DNA of 32,152 bases from Chloroflexota bacterium (GCA_022562335.1 JADFPM010000003.1:1-32152), one strand, 5' to 3'. Shown: positions 1-9,908, counted from the stretch's first letter. Notes: generated by a model from the letters alone, not told the origin. Program-made: numbers and translations.

Positions 1-422
1 TCAATGGAGAGTTCCGCGATCCCCGTTTGACAGGTCCGGCAGGTGAATCCGTGCAACCCCTGGATGAAGGGCAGATCGAAAGGGGCCGCGCCGTCTACCA
101 GGCCAACTGTGCCCAGTGCCACGGAGCAAACGCCGAGGGACAGGCTTCCTGGCTCCAGCGGAACCTTGACGGGACGTTGAAGGCGCCAGCTCACGACGTC
201 ACCGGTCACACCTGGCACCACAGCGATGGCCTTCTCTTCCGTATTGTTCGGGATGGGGGCATGGTCTACGAGACGACAGGGTTCAAAAGCGGCATGCCAG
301 GTTTCGGTGACCGGCTCAACTCCGAAGAGATTCGGGCGGTCATCACTTATTTGAAGAGCCTGTGGGGACCGGAAGAAAGGTCTTTCCAGAAGGAGGGAAG
401 CCTGCGGGACCCTTTCCCATAG
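1..422 (+). CDS. c-type cytochrome (monoheme), 5'-truncated by the window edge
   Basis: Heme motif CAQCH, family motif APAHDVTGHTWHH and a distal Met (GMPGF). The frame is open back to base 3 and shows no signal peptide, so the true start is probably upstream of the window. Confidence 0.85.
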   Translation, partial: NGEFRDPRLTGPAGESVQPLDEGQIERGRAVYQANCAQCHGANAEGQASWLQRNLDGTLKAPAHDVTGHTWHHSDGLLFRIVRDGGMVYETTGFKSGMPGFGDRLNSEEIRAVITYLKSLWGPEERSFQKEGSLRDPFP

Positions 423-548
423 ACGACGACATTTTATGAGCGCCGCCGGCGAAACGATCGAGCCAGGTAAAAACGAATTGGTTGAAAAGAGACTGGGCTG
501 GTGCGTTTGAGAGGCGCCTTTGTTGGCGTCGGCGTTACCAGAGTCAGT

Positions 549-782
549 CTAACCGGCCGCCACGCAGGTGATGGTGCGGACCACCCCGTGAATCCTTTGC
601 ACCATCCCCGTGACCAGGTCGGCGACTGCGCCCATGTCGGCCGCCTCTATCAGGGTGATCACGTCGAATGGACCGGTGATGACGTCGCAAGAGACCACGC
701 CCTCCAAGGCGCGCAGTTCCCCCACCACGTTTTTCACGCTCCCTACTTGAGTCTCGATCAGTATAAAAGCCCTGGTTGTCAT
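549..782 (-). CDS. Lrp/AsnC ligand-binding (RAM) domain protein, stand-alone, no HTH
   Basis: 77 aa with AFILI...VITGPFDVI...GVVRTITC, typical of the RAM domain; GGAGG SD upstream of the ATG. Confidence 0.85.
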   Translation of the reverse strand: MTTRAFILIETQVGSVKNVVGELRALEGVVSCDVITGPFDVITLIEAADMGAVADLVTGMVQRIHGVVRTITCVAAG

Positions 783-874
783 AGGGTGACGCCTCCGTTA
801 TTCGGCCGGCGCGGCTTTGTCTTGGCTCTTTTGGAAGGGGATGGCCGCAAGGACTCCACCTATCCCCAATATCG

Positions 875-1261
875 TTAGCTGGGGATGCAAGCGGTGGAGG
901 TGATCTCCACCAGGTTGTCCGGCGCGCCAAAATTGACGATTATGGCCGTCCTGGCGGGACGGTCGGTGGTGAAATACTCGCCGTAAACCTCGTTGAATCC
1001 CGGAAGGTCCTCCGCATTGGAAACATAGCACGTGTTGGTCATCACATTGTCCAGGCTGGTTCCGGCGGCCTCCAGAATAAGTTTGATCCGGTCCAGGGTA
1101 TAACGCGTTTGCTCTTTTATGTCCTTGCCCACTTCTCCGGTCTCGGGATGCCTTCCGGTGCATCCCTGGACGAAAACCAGATTGCCAAACCTGGTGGCCT
1201 GGGAAAGCAGTCCCCGGCCAGGGGCAAGAGCGTCGGACGTGATGATCTCTTTGTTCGGCAT
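875..1261 (-). CDS. RidA/YjgF/YER057c/UK114 family enamine/imine deaminase
   Basis: Motifs SQA, FNEVYGEYF, RPART (catalytic Arg) and LVEI. Start moved to the ATG at 1261, which has an AGGAG SD at 1269-1273. Confidence 0.88.
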   Translation of the reverse strand: MPNKEIITSDALAPGRGLLSQATRFGNLVFVQGCTGRHPETGEVGKDIKEQTRYTLDRIKLILEAAGTSLDNVMTNTCYVSNAEDLPGFNEVYGEYFTTDRPARTAIIVNFGAPDNLVEITSTACIPS

Positions 1262-1363
1262 GTCAAAACTCCTGGTTTGCAAGCGTGGCCTGTGGGGAGG
1301 GTTTGAACCAAGCCCAACGCATAAATCCCATCGCGAGGTGTCTCGCCGGGGCTTGGGTGTCCC

Positions 1364-1391
1364 ATTATAGTTGGAGTGGAAGAGGTGTCAA
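1364..1391 (-). promoter_or_regulatory. sigma70-type promoter for RidA-Lrp
   Basis: Minus strand reads TTGACA (1391-1386)-N16-TATAAT (1369-1364); both hexamers match consensus exactly. Confidence 0.75.
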
Positions 1392-1473
1392 ATCAGATCA
1401 TGTTGCGTAAAAGCCGCTGGTGACGCTAAAATGGCCCAAGGAGCTGAGCGCAATCCAGGCTAGACTCCACCCT

Positions 1474-1504
1474 TTGACATCCCGTTGAATATTCCGCCTA
1501 AAAT
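1474..1504 (+). promoter_or_regulatory. possible sigma70 promoter for the EF-G paralog
   Basis: TTGACA (1474-1479)-N19-TAAAAT (1499-1504); the spacer is long, and an imperfect inverted repeat (1488-1520) overlaps it. Confidence 0.4.
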
Positions 1505-1588
1505 TTTTGGCGGGGATATTCCGTCCGGAAAGGCGACGCAGATCGGCCGGCGCGCTGGCTTTGACTTGTAAGCGGAGGGTAAAGTTCA

Positions 1589-3640
1589 ATGCCCAATATC
1601 GACGTTAAGAACCTGAGAAATGTGGCGTTGTTGTCTCACAGCGGCGTGGGTAAGACCAGCTTGGCCGAGGCCATGCTTTACAATGCCAAAGCAACCACCC
1701 GCATTGGACGGATCGAAGACGGAAACACGGTATCCGACTACGAGCCCGAAGAGGCAAAGCGGCGCTCTAGCATCCAGACCACACTGGTTGCCTGCATCAC
1801 CGGCGACAGCAAGGTCAATTTTCTAGATACCCCCGGTTACGAAGACTTCCTGGGAGAGGTTTCCAGCGCCCTGAGGGTGGTGGAAAGCGCCGTGATCCTG
1901 GTGGCTGCCCCTTCTGGAGTGGACGTTGGCACCGAGCGCTCGTGGGATATGGCCCGCGCCGCCGACCTGCCGCGCATGTTCTTGGTCAACAAAATGGACC
2001 GGGAAAACGCCAGCTTTTCCAGATGCGTCGCCGATATCCAGGGCACCTTTGGCAGCCAGTGCGTGCCCTTTCAACTCCCGATTGGTGAGGCCCAAGAATT
2101 CACCGGGGTGATCAGCGTGGTCCACCCGCCGGCCGATGTGCCGCCCCAGATGGCAGATGAATTGGAAGCGGCGCGGGAACGCCTCATCGAGGCTGCCGCC
2201 GAATGCGACGACGCGCTGGCCGACAGATACCTGGAAGGCGAGACGCTGACCGACGAAGAAATTCTCAGCTCCGTGCGCAAAGGCGTGGCCAGCGGCGATC
2301 TGGTTCCCATCATCGCCAGTTCGGCCACCGCTAATCTCGGGGTGGAAGAGTTCTTGGAAGCGGTCCTGGAGTTCCTTCCTTCGCCGGCCGACGCCAACAA
2401 CGCGGAGATGACCGATTCTGGTACCGGGGAGCGGGTGGAATTCGATCCCGACCCATCGGGTCCTCTGGGGGCCTTGGTTTTCAAAACCACCGCCGACCCC
2501 TTTGTTGGGAAGCTGTCCATATTCCGGGTGTACCGGGGCACCATCAAGAGCAACTCCGAGGTCTGGAACTCGAATCGGGAACAGTCTGAACGTATCGGCC
2601 AACTCTATTTGCCCAGAGGCAAAAGCCAGGAGAACGTGACCGAGGTGACCGCTGGCGACATCGGAGCCATTGGAAAGCTCTCGTCGACTATCACCGGGGA
2701 CACTCTGTGCGTGCGGGATAAACCCGTCGCATTCCCTCCAATAGAATTCCCCAGCGGCTATTACAGCGTCGCCGTCTCCCCGGCCACCAAGGCCGACCTG
2801 GACAAGATGTCAACGTCATTGAGCCGCATCACCGAGGAGGACCCCAGCCTGCGGTTCTCCAGGGACGCGGGCACCGGCGAAAGTATATTGACCGGACTGG
2901 GAGAAGCGCAGATAGATGTGGCCCTGGACCGCATCCGGCGTAAATTCGGCGCCGACCTCAAGTCCAAGCTGCCCCGGGTGGCATACCGGGAAACCATCAC
3001 TCAGGTGACTAAAAGCGAGTACCGCCACAAAAAGCAGTCGGGAGGCCATGGCCAGTACGGCCACGTCCTGCTCCGGCTGGAGCCCAGGGAAAGGGACCAA
3101 GGGTTTGTATTCGGATCAGAGGTCACCGGCGGCTCCGTGCCCAAGGAATATATCCCTTCCGTGGAAAAGGGAGTCACCAAGGCCATGGATGAAGGCGTAT
3201 TGGCCGGTTTTCCAATAGTCGACATAAAAGCCGTTCTATATGACGGCAGCTACCACGACGTGGATTCCTCGGGAATGTCATTTGAGATCGCCAGCGGCCA
3301 GGCGTTGCGAGCCGGACTCGCCGACGCGGGGCCCATCCTTTTGGAACCCGTCATGAAGCTCAGCATCACCACGCCCGACGGATACACCGGCGAGGTGATG
3401 AGCGACCTCAACACCAAGCGCAGCCGCATCCTGGGTATGACACCGGGAGACAGCAGCACCTTGATCGAGGCGGAAGTGCCGTTGTCCGAGGTGCAAAGAT
3501 ATGCCCAGGACCTTCGCTCGGTGACCCAGGGACGGGGCACTTACACCCTGGAGTTTGATCATTACGACCCCGTCCCCGCGAACCTGGAACCGAAGGTCAT
3601 CGAGGAGGCCAAGCGGGCCAAGGAAGAGGAAAAAGTTTAA
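1589..3640 (+). CDS. fusA: Elongation factor G paralog (EF-G2 / fusA2 type)
   Basis: Full five-domain EF-G layout (NKMD, KKQSGGHGQYG, DGSYHDVDSS, LLEPVM). G-motifs are divergent (SHSGVGKT, RRSSI, DTPGY) and the gene lies outside the rpsL-rpsG-tuf operon. Confidence 0.93.
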   Translation: MPNIDVKNLRNVALLSHSGVGKTSLAEAMLYNAKATTRIGRIEDGNTVSDYEPEEAKRRSSIQTTLVACITGDSKVNFLDTPGYEDFLGEVSSALRVVESAVILVAAPSGVDVGTERSWDMARAADLPRMFLVNKMDRENASFSRCVADIQGTFGSQCVPFQLPIGEAQEFTGVISVVHPPADVPPQMADELEAARERLIEAAAECDDALADRYLEGETLTDEEILSSVRKGVASGDLVPIIASSATANLGVEEFLEAVLEFLPSPADANNAEMTDSGTGERVEFDPDPSGPLGALVFKTTADPFVGKLSIFRVYRGTIKSNSEVWNSNREQSERIGQLYLPRGKSQENVTEVTAGDIGAIGKLSSTITGDTLCVRDKPVAFPPIEFPSGYYSVAVSPATKADLDKMSTSLSRITEEDPSLRFSRDAGTGESILTGLGEAQIDVALDRIRRKFGADLKSKLPRVAYRETITQVTKSEYRHKKQSGGHGQYGHVLLRLEPRERDQGFVFGSEVTGGSVPKEYIPSVEKGVTKAMDEGVLAGFPIVDIKAVLYDGSYHDVDSSGMSFEIASGQALRAGLADAGPILLEPVMKLSITTPDGYTGEVMSDLNTKRSRILGMTPGDSSTLIEAEVPLSEVQRYAQDLRSVTQGRGTYTLEFDHYDPVPANLEPKVIEEAKRAKEEEKV

Positions 3641-3672
3641 GACCCGGTCAGTACACGCAACTTCGAAGGTAA

Positions 3673-3714
3673 AAAAGTAAAGAGGGGCCGTGGATTCGGC
3701 CCCTCTTTACTTTT
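3673..3714. terminator. bidirectional intrinsic terminator
   Basis: Perfect 18-bp inverted repeat AAAAGTAAAGAGGGGCCG-tggatt-CGGCCCCTCTTTACTTTT between two convergent genes. Confidence 0.9.
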
Positions 3715-3735
3715 GGCCGCTGGAGCGGCCCGCAC

Positions 3736-5400
<1,665 letters not shown>

Positions 5401-5487
5401 GGATAACCTCCGGATGTCTCGGCGCATGACCCGCTGGTTTCAAAGCCATACCGAAAGACATTATACGGCGTAAGGAAAAAGGGAGTT

Positions 5488-5685
5488 GGACCCGGCGGTT
5501 CGCCAAGATCCGAGGAGGTTGAGGCCCCAACAACTGTCATTTCGAGCCAGCCCTTCCGTGGAAGGGCGAAACGTCCGAGGAGGCGGCTCCCACCGGCTCT
5601 AGTCGTTCTAGGTAGTTAATCCTGATCTAGGCCGAAGGGTTCAGGATCACATGATTGAGGGATTAAGTGGTGGCCTTCCCGGCAA
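5488..5685 (+). ncRNA. ssrS: candidate 6S RNA
   Basis: About 195 nt with ends that pair using G-U pairs on the + strand (CCGGCGGTTCGCCA / TGGTGGCCTTCCCGG). Contains 6S-like motifs GTTCGC near the 5' end, CGGCTCCCACC, and CCTGA...GGGTTCAGG. Called by eye only; boundaries are approximate. Confidence 0.55.
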
Positions 5686-5703
5686 GTTGGAGATTGGACA
5701 GGC

Positions 5704-5741
5704 CCGACCGCCGACGGCTGACGGCTGACCGCTGACCGCTA
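5704..5741. repeat. degenerate 7-bp tandem repeat (GCTGACG/GCTGACC)
   Basis: ccgaccg-ccgacgg-ctgacgg-ctgaccg-ctgaccg-cta, followed by overlapping hairpins at 5741-5766. Confidence 0.75.
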
Positions 5742-5767
5742 CCAGGGGTCCCTGGTTGAAACCAGGT

Positions 5768-7012
5768 CTAGGCTTGGCCGTCCAGCAAGCGCACAAAGCG
5801 GCGCCGGCCCACTTTCAAAACGTCGCGGCCGCTTCTGGCCAGTCCCGGCAGGGGATGGTCCCGGTCCAAGCTCTGTGCCTCTCCGGTGGACTCCGGAATC
5901 AATTGCACCGCCCCCTGGTTGATCAAGCGTTTGGCTTCGGCGGCGCTGGAGGCAAGACCTGCGTCGACTATCAGGTTGCTCAACCTCTTGCCCGAATCCT
6001 GGAAATATCCGGGATGCGGCGGGCTGAAGTCTGGGATATCATCGGGCAGGTCCCGCCGCTGCACCACCCGCTCAAAGTTCTGACGGGCCCCGTCGGCCGC
6101 CGCAGGGTCGTGGAATTGGGACGTGATTTCCCATGCCAGCCGCTTTTTGGGCTCCATGGGGTTGACGTTATTCTCTGCCAGGTCATTGCTCAATTCCTCT
6201 AATTCCGCATCGGGCAGGTCGGTGAGGTACTCGAAGTAGGGGACTATCAGGTTGTCGGGCAGAGACATGAGCTTGCCGTACATGTCATTGGGCGGCTCTT
6301 CCACCGCCACGTAGTTGCCCAGGCTTTTGCTCATCTTCTGCACGCCGTCGGTACCCGGCAGGATGGGCATGAGGAAGCATTGCTGGGGTTTTTGGCCCAT
6401 CATCTCTTGCAGTTGGCGTCCCACCAGCAGGTTGAACATCTGGTCGGTGCCGCCAAACTCCACGTCAGCCTCAATCATCACCGAGTCGTAAGCCTGAAGC
6501 ATCGGGTACAGCAGCTCGGTGATGGCGATGGGCCGGTGCTCTTTGAACCGATTGGCGAAGTCGTCTCTTTCCAGGAACTGGGCCACCGTGAACCGGCTGG
6601 TCAGGCTTAACACGTCAGCCAAGGTGAACTTGCCAAACCATTCGCTCTGCCAAACCACCTGGGTCCGGTCTTTATCCACCACCTTGAAAAACTGCCGCAG
6701 GTAGGACTCGGCGTTGGCGATGACCTCTTCATGGGTCAACTGGGGCCGGGTGGCCGATTGCCCGCTGGGGTCGCCTATCTGGGCGGTCCAATCCCCGACG
6801 ATGAGGATCACCTGGTGACCCAACTCTTGTAATTGGTGCAATTTCCGAAGCCCCACCACGTGTCCCAAGTGTATATCGGGGCGGCTGGGGTCGAAGCCCA
6901 TCTTCAACCGCAAGGGATCCCCGGTTTCCAACAGGCGCACAAACTCCTGGAGGGAGATGATCTCTTTCACGCCGCGGCGGGTGATGGACTGGATGGTCTC
7001 TGGGCTAAGCAA
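5768..7012 (-). CDS. tyrS: Tyrosine--tRNA ligase
   Basis: GFDPS, HLGH (HIGH motif), YPMLQAYD, GGTDQ, KMSKS and a C-terminal S4-like domain. TTG start overlaps the ribF stop and has an AGGGAG SD. Confidence 0.96.
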   Translation of the reverse strand: MLSPETIQSITRRGVKEIISLQEFVRLLETGDPLRLKMGFDPSRPDIHLGHVVGLRKLHQLQELGHQVILIVGDWTAQIGDPSGQSATRPQLTHEEVIANAESYLRQFFKVVDKDRTQVVWQSEWFGKFTLADVLSLTSRFTVAQFLERDDFANRFKEHRPIAITELLYPMLQAYDSVMIEADVEFGGTDQMFNLLVGRQLQEMMGQKPQQCFLMPILPGTDGVQKMSKSLGNYVAVEEPPNDMYGKLMSLPDNLIVPYFEYLTDLPDAELEELSNDLAENNVNPMEPKKRLAWEITSQFHDPAAADGARQNFERVVQRRDLPDDIPDFSPPHPGYFQDSGKRLSNLIVDAGLASSAAEAKRLINQGAVQLIPESTGEAQSLDRDHPLPGLARSGRDVLKVGRRRFVRLLDGQA

Positions 7013-7943
7013 TGGCCGCTCCCTGGTCCCGGGCCAGGGTCAACCTGGCCTGGGCCACGTCCCGGTCCATCTGGACCACCAGTTCGTCGACGCCCGAGAA
7101 TTTTTGCTGGTCTCTGATCTTGTCGACGAATTCCACTCCGATCTCTTTGTCGTACAGGTCGCCGTCGAAATCCAGCACGTGCACCTCCACCAAACGGTCC
7201 GAGAGGCCGAAGGTGGGACGGATACCGATGCTGGTGGCTGAAGGATGCCGCTCCCCGTCGATCACCGCCCAGGTGGCGTAGATGCCGTCGCCGGGCAGGA
7301 GCGATTCACCGGGTAAAGCAAGATTGGCGGTGGGAAAGCCCATCTCCCGGCCGCGCCGGTCGCCGGAGACCACCTTCCCTTTGATAGAGAAGTTGCGGCC
7401 CAAAAACCTGTTGCAGGTGGCCAGATCGCCCTGGCTCACGGCCTGCCGGATGCTGCGGCTCTTGATGGCCTGGCCGTTCATGGCAAAAGGCGCCACCGCT
7501 TCAACCCAAAACCCCAATTCCTTTCCCCGCTTGGTCAAGAATTCCAGATTGCCTTCCCGGTCGCGGCCCAGCGCGGAGTCGGGTCCCAAAATCAGACCTT
7601 TCATCGACAATGAGTCCACCAGCAACGAGGTGAAATCGGCGGCGCTCACCAGGGCCATTTCTGGAGTAAACTCTAGGGAGATGACCAATCCCACGCCCAA
7701 ATCCCGCAAAAGCCGGTCTTTCTCTTCGGGCGTGGTGATGGTCTTGACCACTATTTCCGGGCGGAGCACCGTGATGGGGTGGTTGGAGAAGGTAAGGACG
7801 GTGGGGATATACTTGGTGCCGGCCGCCTCGACCAGGCGGCCTATGAGGTGGCGGTGTCCTTGGTGGACGCCATCGAAGACACCTACGGTAACGGCGGTCT
7901 CCCGGTCCGGGGCGACCATGGCCAGTCGCTGGCGAAAGCTCAT
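7005..7943 (-). CDS. ribF: Bifunctional riboflavin kinase / FAD synthetase
   Basis: Motifs GVFDGVHQGH, GREMGFPTAN, GIRPTF, EVHVLDF and IRDQQKF. Confidence 0.95.
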   Translation of the reverse strand: MSFRQRLAMVAPDRETAVTVGVFDGVHQGHRHLIGRLVEAAGTKYIPTVLTFSNHPITVLRPEIVVKTITTPEEKDRLLRDLGVGLVISLEFTPEMALVSAADFTSLLVDSLSMKGLILGPDSALGRDREGNLEFLTKRGKELGFWVEAVAPFAMNGQAIKSRSIRQAVSQGDLATCNRFLGRNFSIKGKVVSGDRRGREMGFPTANLALPGESLLPGDGIYATWAVIDGERHPSATSIGIRPTFGLSDRLVEVHVLDFDGDLYDKEIGVEFVDKIRDQQKFSGVDELVVQMDRDVAQARLTLARDQGAAIA

Positions 7944-8075
7944 CGCACCTGTGTCCCGTTTAGCACTCTGATTTCCGGCCCGCGAATGGGGCCTGCTAAA
8001 GGGCCGGTTCCGACCCTGACGAAGCTAAAATCCGCAGCTAAACCGCGATTCGACGTGTTGGGCCGAGCGTGTCGG

Positions 8076-8104
8076 ATGTTAGCATAGCCAGCTTGGAGCG
8101 TCAA
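8076..8104 (-). promoter_or_regulatory. sigma70-type promoter for ribF-tyrS
   Basis: Minus strand reads TTGACG-N17-TAACAT with an extended -10 TG. Confidence 0.6.
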
Positions 8105-8237
8105 TCGAGATCGGCATCCAGAAGCCTCTAAAATGATCAAAACCGACCAACCGGTTGCTAGAAAATAAATATGGACATTATGTATAATTTTGCCTTGTTA
8201 CACTTATTGTGTAATCGCCGGTGGGTGTAGTAGAACC

Positions 8238-8792
8238 GTGCGTGTAGTAGGAGGCAAGGCCAAGGGCCGGCGTCTGCGGGGTACCATTTCCCCGGGGGCC
8301 AGGCCTACCACCGGGCGGGTCAGGGCGGCGATCTTCAACATCATTCGCCCAGAGTTGTTCGAGGGCGGCCGGGTCTTAGACCTATACGCCGGGTCGGGAA
8401 GCCTGGGGATAGAATCCCTAAGCCGGGGCGCCGCCTGGGCCGATTTTGTAGAACAGAACCGGCGCCAGTGCGAAGTCATCCGGGGGAATCTGCTAAATGC
8501 CGGTTTCGACACCCAAGCCAGGGTCCATTGCGCCGAAGTGGAGAAATACCTGACGGCGTTGACCGGGCCTTACCGGTTGGTGCTGATGGACCCTCCCTAC
8601 AAGTTCTTGGAACTGGGAGATTTTCTGGAATCCCTGGCGGGGGTAGATGGGTTGGTGGAAGATGACGGGACGGTGGTGGTGGGGCATTCCAGACACCTGG
8701 AACTCCAGTCAGATTACGGCTCTCTGCACTTGTTTTCCCACCGCCGCTATGGTGACAACGTGGTGGAATTTTTCCGCAAAGGTGTTAGTTGA
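8238..8792 (+). CDS. rsmD: 16S rRNA (guanine966-N2)-methyltransferase
   Basis: MRVVGG.KGRRL, RPTT, LDLYAGSGSLG.E.LSRGA and DPPY. GTG at 8238 matches the family N-terminus, and the gene precedes coaD. Confidence 0.93.
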   Translation: MRVVGGKAKGRRLRGTISPGARPTTGRVRAAIFNIIRPELFEGGRVLDLYAGSGSLGIESLSRGAAWADFVEQNRRQCEVIRGNLLNAGFDTQARVHCAEVEKYLTALTGPYRLVLMDPPYKFLELGDFLESLAGVDGLVEDDGTVVVGHSRHLELQSDYGSLHLFSHRRYGDNVVEFFRKGVS

Positions 8793-9268
8793 TGGTGACC
8801 GCCCTTTACCCAGGATCATTCGACCCGGTCACTATGGGTCATGTGGACATCACTACCCGGGCCGCGGCCCTATTCGACAAGGTCATAGTCGCCGTCTACG
8901 CGACTCCGTCAAAGTCCCTTTTGTTCGATGCCGATGAACGGGTCCAACTTTATAAAGATGCAGTCCCAAATGTGCCAAACGTTGAAGTCATCAAGTTTGA
9001 AGGACTGGTGGTCCGGCTGGCTCAAGACCTGAATGTCGAGGTCATCGTCCGGGGTCTGCGCAGTGGATCGGATTTTGAATATGAATTTGACATGGCTTTC
9101 ATGAACCGGAGGCTTGCACCGGGAATAGATATGGCTTTCTTTATGACCTCGCAAGAGCACATGTTCATTAGTTCAAGCTTGCTCAAAGAGGTCGCCCGGC
9201 TGGGCGGAGATGTCACCGGCATGGTGCCTCCCCACGTGGCCGAAGCGGTATACAACAAATTTGGGTAG
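8792..9268 (+). CDS. coaD: Phosphopantetheine adenylyltransferase
   Basis: YPGSFDPVTMGH, RGLRS.SDFEYE and ISSSLLKE; the ATG overlaps the rsmD TGA. Confidence 0.96.
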   Translation: MVTALYPGSFDPVTMGHVDITTRAAALFDKVIVAVYATPSKSLLFDADERVQLYKDAVPNVPNVEVIKFEGLVVRLAQDLNVEVIVRGLRSGSDFEYEFDMAFMNRRLAPGIDMAFFMTSQEHMFISSSLLKEVARLGGDVTGMVPPHVAEAVYNKFG

Positions 9269-9327
9269 CCGGCCCCTGTACTTTGATTGGGACTTTGACA
9301 GGGAATGAGCCGGGAAGAGGGGGAATC

Positions 9328-9840
9328 ATCGATATCATAAACGTCATAGACCGACTGGAGACCTTGATCACCACCAGCAAAACCGTTCCGGTGAGCGGCA
9401 ATATCATCTTGGATAAGAAAAAGGCCATGGAATTGGTGGACCAGATGCGCCTGTCCATACCCCAAGAGGTGAAGGCGGCGGAAGAGGTGCTGGCCGAGAA
9501 AGACCAGATTGTCAATCAGGCCATGCTGGAAGCCCGCCGGACCAAATCCAACGCCGAGCAGGAATACCATCAGCGCATGGACCAGAACGATCTGGTCCTT
9601 TCCGCCGAAGCGCGGGCCCAGGAAACCCTGCGGGACGCCGAGCAGCGGGCCACGCGAATGCTAACCCAATCCGAGGCCGAATCTTCCTCCCGCCGCTCCG
9701 ACGCCGACGCCTACGCCCTGCGCAGTCTGAGGACTCTGGAGCAGGAGATAACCGCCATCGCGGGGTCCATCCGCAAGGGCATCGACCTGCTGGCGGGCCA
9801 GACCACCAGTAGGTTGGTTGCCCAGGAAGCTGAAGATTAA
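9328..9840 (+). CDS. SepIVA/DivIVA-like coiled-coil protein; start codon uncertain (ATC at 9328 or TTG at 9283)
   Basis: IDRLE..I...K.VP.SG..I.DK....ELVDQMR.SIP.E...A..V pattern of the coaD-adjacent SepIVA (Rv2927c)-like family, followed by a heptad-rich helix. Confidence 0.75.
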   Translation: MDIINVIDRLETLITTSKTVPVSGNIILDKKKAMELVDQMRLSIPQEVKAAEEVLAEKDQIVNQAMLEARRTKSNAEQEYHQRMDQNDLVLSAEARAQETLRDAEQRATRMLTQSEAESSSRRSDADAYALRSLRTLEQEITAIAGSIRKGIDLLAGQTTSRLVAQEAED

Positions 9841-9858
9841 CAGGAAGCTGAAGATTAA
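9823..9858. repeat. exact 18-bp tandem duplication of the gene 3' end
   Basis: CAGGAAGCTGAAGATTAA occurs twice in tandem, including the stop codon. Confidence 0.95.
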
Positions 9859-9908
9859 ATAGACGCCACGGGATTTCGGCTGTCCACCGTTTGCGGTGTG
9901 GTCAATGA

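Noticed and set aside
1290-1315. GGTTCAAACCC T-loop-like motif on the minus strand
   Set aside because: No 5-bp T-stem, acceptor stem or anticodon arm, so it is not a tRNA.
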